Shown here: piece by piece, positions 63,420 to 64,000 of the stretch
Layout of the letters: every line of letters begins with the position of its first letter
How positions within the stretch are numbered: position 1 is the first letter of the stretch
Made by a program: the position numbers and the translations under genes
Notes under the pieces: model-generated
Seen by the model: only the letters and a program-made list of their open reading frames with translations
What the model was told of the DNA's origin: nothing
Database searches by the model: none
Assembly (NCBI RefSeq): GCF_009914755.1
Contig: NC_060946.1
Length of the DNA stretch: 64,000 nucleotides
DNA from: the human T2T-CHM13v2.0 reference genome, Homo sapiens
Direction: 5' to 3' (one strand)

Positions 63420-63975
63420 TCTTCTGCTCTCACCGCTTTTCCTTCTCCCTGGTGCTGCAGAGCATCCCACAGTTTGTGTGCACTGCCTCCCCACACTCCC
63501 TCCTCATCTCACTCTGCCTGGCTCATGTCTCCACCATCCCCTCTTGTGGCTCCTCAGGAGGCTGCCCCTGACCTCCATCTTCCCCAGGGCAGTAGGGAAT
63601 CACCCCATGTCGCCTCCCCTGGCCTCTTGCATGTCTTGACACAGAGCAGCACCCTCTCTCAAAGCGCTTCTTCTCCAGGCCTTCCAGGCCCACAGCCGAC
63701 CCATAAGCTCCTCTCTCAATGGCTACAGCCTCCGCCTCCTGTACTGCCTCCTCCTCCTGTTCTCTAATTGTCCTGGGTCTTTCCACCACTTCTGTCTCCA
63801 CATTGTGGTCCTAGGCTCCTCCACCCCAGGGCTTTAAGAACCACACACATGCTAATGACTCTCACCTTTGACCTTCTGCTGATCTTCCAGCTGAGCTTCA
63901 GACTCATATGCACTCCTAGGCTACGTGCTCTCTTGGTGCCCAACAGGTCTCAAACTTGACATGTCTAAAACAGAA
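63420..63975. mobile_element. L2 fragment
   Basis: 'cagagcagcaccctctctcaaagcgcttcttctc...gagcttcagactcatatg...tctcaaacttgacatgtctaaaacaga' resembles L2. Confidence 0.65.
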
Positions 63976-64000
63976 GACTTGCCTGTAGTTCCAGCTACTC

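Overview
Primate (human-like) genomic DNA with about 65-70 Alu elements or fragments, plus MIR, L2, L3/CR1, old L1, MLT1 and hAT-Charlie fragments, a full-length SVA and a solo LTR12C. I recognise no intact protein-coding exon, and nearly all tracked ORFs are Alu, SVA, LTR or CpG-island artefacts. Two CpG islands (about 9.8-11.2 kb and 33.0-34.6 kb) each carry a strong minus-strand 5' splice site, so they look like first exons or alternative promoters of a gene that runs off the left edge. I cannot name that gene. The one clear gene-derived sequence is a 5'-truncated processed RHEB pseudogene (28641-30063), nested in a DNA transposon and interrupted by Alus. The most notable observations are: the same L1-endonuclease site reused at three loci, each leaving three target-site-duplication (TSD) copies; an LTR12C promoter aimed at both CpG-island exons; an anomalous ~370-bp unique segment wedged between Alu pieces (56870-57260); an Alu monomer with a non-Alu tail that moved as one unit; a likely Alu-Alu gene-conversion tract; a transposon-derived double AP-1 palindrome; a cluster of U1-site motifs; and several fold-back insertions. 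Repeat boundaries and subfamily labels were read by eye and are approximate.
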